Below, one piece after another: positions 1-7,550 of a stretch of 28,438 nucleotides of DNA. The stretch is from NCBI GenBank assembly GCA_037446635.1, contig JBBIIG010000053.1:1-28438 (forward strand), written 5' to 3'. Below the pieces are notes generated by a model that had not been told where the DNA came from, ran no database searches, and saw nothing but the letters and a program-made list of their open reading frames with translations. Both the position numbers and the translations under genes were made by a program. Position 1 is the first letter of the stretch. Each line of letters starts with the position of its first letter. This DNA is from a bacterium. GTDB lineage: Bacteria > Zhuqueibacterota > Zhuqueibacteria > Oceanimicrobiales > Oceanimicrobiaceae.

Positions 1-138
1 TTTCCCCGCCTCACACTTATTCTTGAATTACGAGCACGTGCTTTCTACAGCTAACTACTGTTTACCCATACAAAAGTAAACAGAGATTTTCCAAAGTAGA
101 GAGTGATTTTCGTATTTTTTAGACGTAAAGGAACGCTG

Positions 139-452
139 ATGCTAAAAACAGATGAAGTTGTTGAATTTTTGCGAAAGCACCGCCAAACGCTGAAAACCGA
201 TTTTCGCATTGCGAAATTAGGCCTCATTGGCTCATTTGCACGAGGCGAACAAACTGAAAATAGCGATATCGCTTTATTAGTGGAATTTGAGCCGAACACG
301 GATGATATCTTTGGCAAAAAAATGAAGTTGAAAGATCTGCTAAAAACATCCTTCGACCGGGAAGTTGATATTTGCCGAGAAAAATATATGAAGCCTTATG
401 TCAAGAGCTATCTTTAAAAGACTATCTTTTAAAAGAGGCAATTTATGTATGA
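139..452 (+). pseudogene. Minimal nucleotidyltransferase (MNT/MntA-type antitoxin), probably inactivated
   Basis: LGLIGSFARGEQTENSDIALLVEF matches the MNT GS-x10-DxD motif, but the second Asp is Ala. A 14/15-bp tandem duplication at 408-436 creates TAA at 415-417, leaving the typical tail YLLKEAIYV* out of frame at 423-452. Likely start ATG 139. No HEPN partner downstream. Confidence 0.8.
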
Positions 453-470
453 ACAATTGGAGAAAGAATA

Positions 471-557
471 ATGGTTTGGTTTGTAGTAGCCGCGCTAGCG
501 ATATTCGTCGTGGGGCTCGCCATCATCGCCTACGACATTATTGCCCATAAACGCTAA
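471..557 (+). CDS. Small single-TM protein, 28 aa (MVWFVVAALAIFVVGLAIIAYDIIAHKR)
   Basis: Hand translation; GGAG upstream, a 20-residue hydrophobic run and a basic C-terminus. Below the ORF-track size cutoff. Confidence 0.5.
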   Translation: MVWFVVAALAIFVVGLAIIAYDIIAHKR

Positions 558-581
558 TTGCCACATAACATGAGCCTGCGT

Positions 582-1391
582 TCATTCCTCCCCGCGCTCA
601 ATCAGAAAAAACGCCCCGGAAATGAACACTTCCCGCAAAACAGGAACCCAGCGCAAAAAATCGCCGCGAATGATCGGCCAGCCAAAACGAATGTGATAAC
701 TGGGCCGGCTGATATAAAATTTCTCCCGGCAAATGCGCAGCCCGCTGGCGCGAATCATTTTGCGAAATCCGCGGATGCTAACCCGGTGCCGCCGCAGCTT
801 TTCCATTTCATCTAAAAACTTTGGGTTGCCGTCAAACCGCTGAATCCAACGGCGAATGCCTTTCCACAAAAATTCGGGGGCCGCGTGAAAATAGGGCGTG
901 CGCCGCAGAAAGCTTTTTAGCATCTGCTGGTGGCCGCCAAACGGCGCATAAAACGGCGGAAAAGTGATGAACAACTTCGCGCCGGGCGCCAGCAAGGCTT
1001 TGAGTTTTTGCACGGCCAGCGGTTTGTTGGGAAGATGCTCGAAGACATCGCGCAGGATGATCAAATCGGGCAGCCGCTGATGTTCCGCAAATGGCGGTGC
1101 AAAAAAATCGGCGGCCACGAAGTGCAGCCGCTGCCGCTGTTCGGCTGGCGCCGCTTGCCGCGCAACGGCCAGGCGGTGGGGGCTGATTTCGAGTCCCAGC
1201 CCGTGCGCGCCAGCTTCGGCCAGGGCGCAGAGCACGCCGCCTTCCCCGCAGCCGATATCCAGCACGCGAGCCCCGGAAAACGCCACGCCCCACTCTTTGA
1301 GCAGCGGCGCGAGATACTCTTTCCCCAAACGATATTGGTATTCCCAGTAGGCGCGTTTTTGCGGCGAAAGGTCGGTCATATCGGGTGTCAT
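582..1391 (-). CDS. Class I SAM-dependent methyltransferase
   Basis: Motif I VLDIGCGEGG, DLIILRDVFEHL, LAPGAKLFI. ATG 1391 preferred over the track start at 1418. Confidence 0.88.
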   Translation of the reverse strand: MTPDMTDLSPQKRAYWEYQYRLGKEYLAPLLKEWGVAFSGARVLDIGCGEGGVLCALAEAGAHGLGLEISPHRLAVARQAAPAEQRQRLHFVAADFFAPPFAEHQRLPDLIILRDVFEHLPNKPLAVQKLKALLAPGAKLFITFPPFYAPFGGHQQMLKSFLRRTPYFHAAPEFLWKGIRRWIQRFDGNPKFLDEMEKLRRHRVSIRGFRKMIRASGLRICREKFYISRPSYHIRFGWPIIRGDFLRWVPVLREVFISGAFFLIERGEE

Positions 1392-1428
1392 TCTAACGAA
1401 TAGCGGAGTCAGAAGCAAGAATTTTTAC

Positions 1429-1456
1429 TTGACAATATGTGATGGGAATGTATTTT
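1429..1456 (+). promoter_or_regulatory. Putative sigma70 promoter of pepF
   Basis: TTGACA (1429-1434), 16 nt, TATTTT (1451-1456); RBS GGAG at 1474-1477. Confidence 0.55.
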
Positions 1457-1490
1457 ATAACTTTACTTTAAATGGAGAGTTTGACAGAAA

Positions 1491-3272
1491 ATGGAAAAGG
1501 CCAAGGGCGTCGTTTGGGATTTGCGCGATTTGTACGCCAGTGATCGCGATCCAAAAATCTCGCAGGACATAGAGGAGGCCGCGACCGCCGCGGCTGAATT
1601 TAACAAAACCTACCGCGGGAAAATTGCGGCAGGCGGCGTGGAAATTCTGCGCCCGGCGCTGACCGCTTACGAAAACATCCTCGAAACCATGTATCGTCCG
1701 TATGCCATGGCCAGTTTGCTGTTCGCCGGCAACGGCCGTTCTGACGCGTACAAAGCGTTGATGGCAAACGTGCGGGACGCCTTCACCCGCATCGAAAACG
1801 AGACGCTGTTTTTTCCGCTGGAAATTCAAAAAATTTCGGACGAAAAAATTGGCGAATATTTTTCCTCCCGTAAACTTGGCCACTATCAACATTACATCGA
1901 GTCGCTGCGGCTGTTCACCCCCTACATGTTGGATGAGAAAAACGAGCAGATCATCAACAGCAAAAATCTCACGGGCAAAACCGCGCTGGTGAATTTATTT
2001 GATGAATTCACCGCGGCATTCGAGTGGCAGTTGGAAGTTGACGGCGAAATAAAAACGCTCACCGAAAGCGAAATCCGCGAGCTGCTGAGAAAGCCAGACG
2101 CCGATTTGCGCCGGCGCGCCAAAATCGCCCACGACGGCAAGTACGGCGAAAACAGCTTGATCTTCACCAACATTTTCGGCAATCTTATCAAAGACCACGC
2201 CACCGAAATGGAGATGCGCGGCTACCGCAGTCCCATTCAGCCGACCCACCTCGCCAACAAAATTTCTGAGGAAGTGGTGGACACGATGATGCAGGTCACC
2301 ACCGAGCACTACTCGCAGGCGCGGCAATATTATAAATTGAAAGCCAGGCTGCTGGGCCTGCCCAAACTCGCCGGCAGCGATCTGCACGCGCCGGTCACCC
2401 AAGCCGACCCGAAGATTCCGTACGACAAAGGCCGGGCGCTGGTACTGGAGAGCTTTCAAAGTTTTGCACCGGAGTTTGGGGAGATCATGAAGCGGGCGTT
2501 TTCCGAAAATTGGATCGACGCCGAGATTCGGCCCGGCAAACGCGGCGGCGCATTTTGCATGAGCGTGTCGCCAACGCTGCACCCCTACGTTTTGATGAAC
2601 TACGTCGATAATCTCAACAGCGTTTACACCATGGCGCACGAGCTGGGCCACGCCCTGCACGGCGTGCTGGCCGGAGAAAAGCAAACGCTGCTGACCTATC
2701 ACGCGCCGCTGGTGCTGGCGGAGACCGCCTCGGTTTTTGCGGAGATGCTGCTCACCCGCCGGCTGTTTTCCGAGAAATTGGATCGCGACACCAAAATTCA
2801 AATCCTCTGCTCGAAATTAGAAGACTTTTTCGGAACGATTTCCCGGCAGACGATGTACATCCAATTCGAGCTGGAGGCGCACCTCGAAGGTGCGAAACGC
2901 CGGCTCAGCGCCGACGACTTTTGCAAGCTCTGGCTCAAGCACCGCGACGAGATGTACGGCGACGCCATCGATTTTCTACCGGAGGAGAAATGGTACTGGT
3001 CAGTGATCCCCCATTTCATTCACACGCGATTTTATTGTTACGCCTACACCTTCGGCGCGCTATTTGTGCTGGCGCTCTACAATCGCTATCTGGAGGATGG
3101 CGAAAAATTTGTTCCCCGCTACCGCGCCATCCTCGCCGCTGGCGATTCCACCTGGCCAAAAAATCTCATCGAGTCCGTGGGAATGGATTTTACGCAGCCG
3201 GAATTCTGGCGCGGAGGTTTCAAAGTAATTCAATCCCTGCTTGATGAGTTAGAAGAATTGGTGGAGAAATAA
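1491..3272 (+). CDS. pepF: M3B family oligoendopeptidase F
   Basis: N-terminal WDLRDLY, WID...GKRGGAF, zinc motif TMAHELGH, LAETAS, W..IPHF...FYCYAY; 593 aa. Confidence 0.95.
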   Translation: MEKAKGVVWDLRDLYASDRDPKISQDIEEAATAAAEFNKTYRGKIAAGGVEILRPALTAYENILETMYRPYAMASLLFAGNGRSDAYKALMANVRDAFTRIENETLFFPLEIQKISDEKIGEYFSSRKLGHYQHYIESLRLFTPYMLDEKNEQIINSKNLTGKTALVNLFDEFTAAFEWQLEVDGEIKTLTESEIRELLRKPDADLRRRAKIAHDGKYGENSLIFTNIFGNLIKDHATEMEMRGYRSPIQPTHLANKISEEVVDTMMQVTTEHYSQARQYYKLKARLLGLPKLAGSDLHAPVTQADPKIPYDKGRALVLESFQSFAPEFGEIMKRAFSENWIDAEIRPGKRGGAFCMSVSPTLHPYVLMNYVDNLNSVYTMAHELGHALHGVLAGEKQTLLTYHAPLVLAETASVFAEMLLTRRLFSEKLDRDTKIQILCSKLEDFFGTISRQTMYIQFELEAHLEGAKRRLSADDFCKLWLKHRDEMYGDAIDFLPEEKWYWSVIPHFIHTRFYCYAYTFGALFVLALYNRYLEDGEKFVPRYRAILAAGDSTWPKNLIESVGMDFTQPEFWRGGFKVIQSLLDELEELVEK

Positions 3273-3305
3273 CCTTGCGAAGGCTGCCAGCCTTCGCAAG
3301 GTTTT
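3271..3305 (+). terminator. Perfect 16-bp inverted repeat (REP-like hairpin or intrinsic terminator)
   Basis: AACCTTGCGAAGGCTG-C-CAGCCTTCGCAAGGTT ending in a short T run, overlapping the pepF stop. Confidence 0.7.
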
Positions 3306-3326
3306 ACCAGCCCGCCCCAAAACCCC

Positions 3327-3355
3327 TTGCATCTTTACATCAAATCTCCTAAACT
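3327..3355 (+). promoter_or_regulatory. Putative sigma70 promoter of the OPT transporter
   Basis: TTGCAT (3327-3332), 17 nt, TAAACT (3350-3355). Confidence 0.55.
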
Positions 3356-3393
3356 GCCAGCACTTTTTCACCCAAAACATCCGGAGCCAGAGC

Positions 3394-5355
3394 ATGCAGC
3401 AGAAATCAGGACTGAGCAAGAAAGCTTACGAAGCGATCCCCGAAGGTGAAAGTTATGAACCCTACGTTCCCGCGTCCGAGAGTCCGTTGGAGTTTAGCAT
3501 TAAAGCTGCGATTGCCGGCGTTATCTTTGGCATTCTATTCGGCGCGGCCAACGCTTATCTCGGACTGCGCGCCGGACTAACTATTTCCACCTCCATCCCG
3601 GTGGCGGTGATGACCGTGGCCGCGTTCAAAGCCCTGCAGGCCATGGGCCGCCGCGGCACCATCCTCGAAGCCAACATTTCCCAAACCATCGGCTCCGCCT
3701 CCAGCTCGGTGGCCAGCGGCGTGATTTTCACCCTGCCCGCGCTGTTTTTGTGGGGGCTGGATCCTTCACTGGTACAAATGACGTTGCTGGCCATGTTCGG
3801 CGGATCGTTGGGTGTGTTGTTTATGATTCCCCTGCGACGGTTTTTAATCGAGCGCGAACACGGCAATTTGCCGTACCCGGAGGGCACGGCCTGCGCCGAA
3901 GTGCTGGTCGCCAGTGAAGTGGGTGGCGGCAAAGCTCGCAACGTTTTTTTGGGACTGGGGGCGGGCGCCGTCTTCAAATTTTTGACCGGCGGAATTAAAA
4001 TCATTCCGGACGAGGTCAACTTCAAACTTCCTTTTTTAAAAAAGGGCGAAGTGGGGATGGAAATGTCCGCCGCGCTTTTCGGAGTGGGATACATTCTCGG
4101 GCCGCGCATTGGCGCGATCATGGTGGGCGGCGGGCTGCTGGCGTCGCTGGTGATTATTCCGGCGATTGCCATCTGGGGAGAAGGTCGCCTCGTTCCATTC
4201 TTTCCGGAAACGGAGAAGATAATTTCGCAAATGTCTGCCGGCGAAATTTGGTCGCGCTACGTGCGCTACATTGGCGCGGGCGCCGTGGCCACCGGCGGCT
4301 TGATCACCCTCATCCGCAGCATCCCCACGATGATCGAAAGTTTTCGGGTGGGGATTCAGCAATTGAAAAGCCGTTTGGATGAAAGCGGCATCCCCACGCC
4401 GCGAACGGGTCAGGACCTTTCGCTGCTGGTGGTAGGAGCGGGCGTGGCGGCGATCGCCGTTGCGATGGCGGCGACGCCCCACGTGTTCGGCCATCTGGAT
4501 ACGTTTACGATTCGACTGGCGGCGGCCGTGCTGGTGGTAATTTTCGCGTTCTTTTTTGTGACCGTGTCGTCGCGCATTGTGGGGCTGGTAGGCGTCACTT
4601 CCAACCCCACCAGCGGCATGATCATCGCCTCGCTGCTGGGAACCGCAACCGTATTTTTGCTGATGGGCTGGACCGACGACGTGGGCAAAGTGGCGGCGCT
4701 GACCATTGGCTGCGTGGTGGGCGTGGCGGCTTCCATCGCCGGCGATACCTCGCAGGATTTGAAAACCGGCTTCCTGCTTGGCGCGACTCCCAAAAGACAA
4801 CAGGTGGGGGAGATGATTGGCGTGCTCACCTCTGCAACCTTTGTGTGTTTAACGGTGATGTTTTTGGACCGGGCTTACGGTTTCGGAACCGGCGAACTGC
4901 CGGCGCCGCAGGCCACGCTTATGAAACTGGTGATCGAGGGCGTGCTGCAAAATTCTCTGCCGTGGATACTCGTTGGCATCGGGGTGGTGATTGCTTTAGC
5001 TTCCGAACTGCTGCGGATCCCCAGTCTGCCGTTTGCGGTTGGGGTGTATCTTCCGGTCAGCACGATGGTGCCGGTCTTTTTCGGCGGCTTGTTAAGAATG
5101 TATTTGGAACGCAGCGCACCGACTTCCGAGGAAGCCTCGGAGCGCCGGGAACAGGGCGTGCTATTCGGATCGGGATTGGTGGGCGGCGAAGGATTGCTGG
5201 GGGTTGGGATCGCCGCCGCCGCGGTGATTCAAGGCAGCACACCCAGCGGCATCGGATTTGACTGGGCAGGCGGGGCCGCGCCATTGGCGGCGCTGGTTCT
5301 GTTTGGGTTTCTGGTATTCGGATTTTGGAAGAGTTGTTTGCGGCACAAACCGTAA
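3394..5355 (+). CDS. OPT family oligopeptide transporter
   Basis: ANAYLGLRAGLTISTSIP, LPYPEGTACAEVL, SNPTSGM, GDTSQDLKTGFLLGATP, APQATLM; many TM segments. Confidence 0.95.
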   Translation: MQQKSGLSKKAYEAIPEGESYEPYVPASESPLEFSIKAAIAGVIFGILFGAANAYLGLRAGLTISTSIPVAVMTVAAFKALQAMGRRGTILEANISQTIGSASSSVASGVIFTLPALFLWGLDPSLVQMTLLAMFGGSLGVLFMIPLRRFLIEREHGNLPYPEGTACAEVLVASEVGGGKARNVFLGLGAGAVFKFLTGGIKIIPDEVNFKLPFLKKGEVGMEMSAALFGVGYILGPRIGAIMVGGGLLASLVIIPAIAIWGEGRLVPFFPETEKIISQMSAGEIWSRYVRYIGAGAVATGGLITLIRSIPTMIESFRVGIQQLKSRLDESGIPTPRTGQDLSLLVVGAGVAAIAVAMAATPHVFGHLDTFTIRLAAAVLVVIFAFFFVTVSSRIVGLVGVTSNPTSGMIIASLLGTATVFLLMGWTDDVGKVAALTIGCVVGVAASIAGDTSQDLKTGFLLGATPKRQQVGEMIGVLTSATFVCLTVMFLDRAYGFGTGELPAPQATLMKLVIEGVLQNSLPWILVGIGVVIALASELLRIPSLPFAVGVYLPVSTMVPVFFGGLLRMYLERSAPTSEEASERREQGVLFGSGLVGGEGLLGVGIAAAAVIQGSTPSGIGFDWAGGAAPLAALVLFGFLVFGFWKSCLRHKP

Positions 5356-5424
5356 CGCAAAGCTCTGCTTTGCCTATCTCAAAGCGGAGCTTTGAGTTAC
5401 TATAACGCACAACTCCGCTTTGCG
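5352..5424. repeat. REP-like palindromic doublet, copy 1 (5352-5400), plus a degenerate extra unit (5402-5424)
   Basis: GTAACGCAAAGCTCTGCTTTGC-CTATC-TCAAAGCGGAGCTTTGAGTTAC; 43/49 identical to 6598-6646. Confidence 0.8.
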
Positions 5425-5427
5425 AAG

Positions 5428-6582
5428 TTATTTACCTCTGAGCGGCCGGAAAAAATCGCGGATGTCTTCTGCCAGCAACTCGGGTTCTTCCAGTGCGGGA
5501 AAGTGGCCGCCGCGAGGAAAATCGCTCCAGCGTTGAATGTTGTAACCGCGTTCCACCCACTGGCGCGGCGGAAACGGCGCTTCTTTGGGAAAGTGCGCGA
5601 TGCCGCACGGCACAGTGACGCGCTGGCCTTTTTGAAAATGCATGGGCCGCAGCCGCGCTTCAAAATAAAGCCGATTGGCAGATGAAATCGTCCCCGTTGC
5701 CCAGTAAATCATGACGTTGGTGAGCAGCTCGTCTTTGCTGAAGCGCCGTTCGACGTCGCCGCCGCAGTCGCCCCAGGCGCGAAATTTTTCGATTATCCAC
5801 GCCGCCAGCCCCACTGGGGAATCATTCAAGCCAAATGAGATCGATTGCGGGTGAGTGAGCTGAAGGTGGCAGTAACCGCCTTCTTCGTCCCACCATATTG
5901 CATCGTCGGCAAGAAATTGCTTTTCGACGTCAGTAAGCTCGTCGCCTTTTTCGAGAAAGGGACGATACGAACCGGGGATGTAATTCAGGTGCAGGCCGAT
6001 GATGTGATCGGCGTGGAAAAGTCCCAGCGCGGTGGCGACGCCTGCGCCAAAATCGCCGCCCTGCGCCGCGAAACGCGGGTAGCCGAGTCCGGTCATCAAC
6101 TTCACCCACCATTCCGCGAAGCGAAAAACATTCATTCCGCGCTGATGAGGGCGATCTGAAAAACCGTAGCCCGGCATCGAGGGCACGACGACGTCGAAGG
6201 CGTCTGCTGGGTCGCCGCCGTGAGCCGCGGGGTCCGTGAGCAGCGGAATCAGCTTCACCATCTCCGCAAACGAGCCGGGCCAGCCGTGAGTGATGACCAG
6301 CGGCAGCGGGTTCGGGCCGTCCCCCTTTTCGTGGATGAAATGAATTCCGAACCCGTCAACTTTCGCTTTAAAGTGATGAAATTGATTCAACGCCGCCTCC
6401 TGTTGGCGCCAATCGAATTTCGTGAGCCAGTAATCCACCAGCTCTTTCATGTAATTGAGATCGGCGCCGTATTCCCAGCCGCTGCCGGGGATGGCGTCCG
6501 GCCAGCGGGTGCCGGCGAGGCGCGGGCGCAGGTCGTCAATGACAGCCGAGGGAATATGAATTCGGAAGGGAGGGATTTCCAT
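5428..6582 (-). CDS. Epoxide hydrolase, microsomal type (EHN domain + alpha/beta hydrolase)
   Basis: PFRIHIP...DDLRPRLAGTRWP, FDWRQQEAALN, HGWPGS, nucleophile GGDFG, GGHFPALEEP. Confidence 0.95.
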   Translation of the reverse strand: MEIPPFRIHIPSAVIDDLRPRLAGTRWPDAIPGSGWEYGADLNYMKELVDYWLTKFDWRQQEAALNQFHHFKAKVDGFGIHFIHEKGDGPNPLPLVITHGWPGSFAEMVKLIPLLTDPAAHGGDPADAFDVVVPSMPGYGFSDRPHQRGMNVFRFAEWWVKLMTGLGYPRFAAQGGDFGAGVATALGLFHADHIIGLHLNYIPGSYRPFLEKGDELTDVEKQFLADDAIWWDEEGGYCHLQLTHPQSISFGLNDSPVGLAAWIIEKFRAWGDCGGDVERRFSKDELLTNVMIYWATGTISSANRLYFEARLRPMHFQKGQRVTVPCGIAHFPKEAPFPPRQWVERGYNIQRWSDFPRGGHFPALEEPELLAEDIRDFFRPLRGK

Positions 6583-6597
6583 TTATAAATGGCCACA

Positions 6598-6646
6598 GTA
6601 ACGCAAAGCTGCGCTTTGCTAATCTCAAAGCAGAGCTTTGAGATAC
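6598..6646. repeat. REP-like palindromic doublet, copy 2
   Basis: GTAACGCAAAGCTGCGCTTTGC-TAATC-TCAAAGCAGAGCTTTGAGATAC; direct repeat of 5352-5400. Confidence 0.8.
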
Positions 6647-6648
6647 GG

Positions 6649-7083
6649 TTACACGGTCGCTTTTGAGTTGCAATATTTCTCAAACGCCGCGGTCAACTGC
6701 GCCGCCACTTGCTCGGCGGTGTGGCCTTCAATCTGATAGCGCTGCAGCATGAACACCAGCTCGCCGTCTTTAAACAGCGCCATCGAAGGGGAGGAGGGTG
6801 GGTAGCCTTTAATGTAACTGCGCGCCTGGGCGGTGGCCTCCGCGTCCTGGCCGGCGAACACGGTCAGCAGGTTATCCGGCGTTATATCATTGGTGAGCGC
6901 CAGCGCCACGCCGGGGCGCGCCATGCCGGCTGCGCAGCCGCACACGGAGTTCACCACCAACAGGGTCGTGCCTTTGGCGGCGCGCATGGCTTCGTCCACT
7001 TCCGCGGCAGTGCGCAATTCCTGAAAGCCAATGCAGGTTAATTCTTCGCGCATGGGCTGCACTATGTATGGATCGTACATCAT
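6649..7083 (-). CDS. BrxA/BrxB family bacilliredoxin (YphP/YqiW-like)
   Basis: PMREELT..GF.EL, VVNSVCGCAAGMARPG (CGC motif), TVFAGQD, PPSSPSMALFKDG; AAGGAG RBS. Confidence 0.93.
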   Translation of the reverse strand: MMYDPYIVQPMREELTCIGFQELRTAAEVDEAMRAAKGTTLLVVNSVCGCAAGMARPGVALALTNDITPDNLLTVFAGQDAEATAQARSYIKGYPPSSPSMALFKDGELVFMLQRYQIEGHTAEQVAAQLTAAFEKYCNSKATV

Positions 7084-7151
7084 AGGGGTCTCCTTTAAAT
7101 TAGTTTTAGAGTTTCTTCATAAATGATTCACGAGGCCCAATTGCAATGACC

Positions 7152-7328
7152 TCAATTATACTTGATGAAATTTCTTGATAGACACGACGCGTCATATTCG
7201 TTCATGCTCGTCAGCACCGCCGATGGTTTGCCGTTTTTTGTTATGATAATTTCTTCATCCCGCGTCACGATGTCATCGATGAGCTTGCCCAAATTCGCCT
7301 TCACTTCGGAAAGAGTTAGCACACTCAT
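7152..7328 (-). pseudogene. Phd/YefM family antitoxin, C-terminally truncated orphan (58 aa)
   Basis: Hand translation MSVLTLSEVKANLGKLIDDIVTRDEEIIITKNGKPSAVLTSMNEYDASCLSRNFIKYN*; GGAGGTG RBS; no toxin gene follows. Confidence 0.8.
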
Positions 7329-7363
7329 TTTTTCACCTCCTGGCCTATTTAAAAGGCGAAGGG

Positions 7364-7392
7364 AAAATAAAAATAACCAGAAAAATGATCAA
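7364..7392 (-). promoter_or_regulatory. Putative sigma70 promoter of the phd remnant, possibly reading into brx
   Basis: Minus strand TTGATC (7392-7387), 17 nt, TATTTT (7369-7364). Confidence 0.45.
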
Positions 7393-7425
7393 GCGATTTA
7401 TTCGAATATATTTCAGAAAATGCGC

Positions 7426-7454
7426 TTGACTAAATATCACGATTGTTGTATCTT
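7426..7454 (+). promoter_or_regulatory. Putative sigma70 promoter of the kinase-phosphatase operon
   Basis: TTGACT (7426-7431), 17 nt, TATCTT (7449-7454). Confidence 0.55.
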
Positions 7455-7550
7455 TATCTCGCTTTTTGGGCCCGCACTATTTAACAACTTCGCTTACACG
7501 CCCAAATCCGCATCTCACAATTTTCTTCAGTAATTTACAGTCCATCTCTC

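Noticed and set aside
449..550. ORF overlapping the original MNT stop (MNNWRKNN...) as a HEPN toxin
   Set aside because: Only 33 aa with no HEPN-like helical pattern or convincing Rx4-6H context.
5352..6646. 49-bp repeats read as a CRISPR array or integron attC sites
   Set aside because: Only two copies 1.2 kb apart, no spacers, no cas or intI gene, and poor RYYYAAC/GTTRRRY core matches.
7162..7533. 123-aa plus-strand ORF
   Set aside because: Antisense to the phd remnant and runs through two promoter-like regions.
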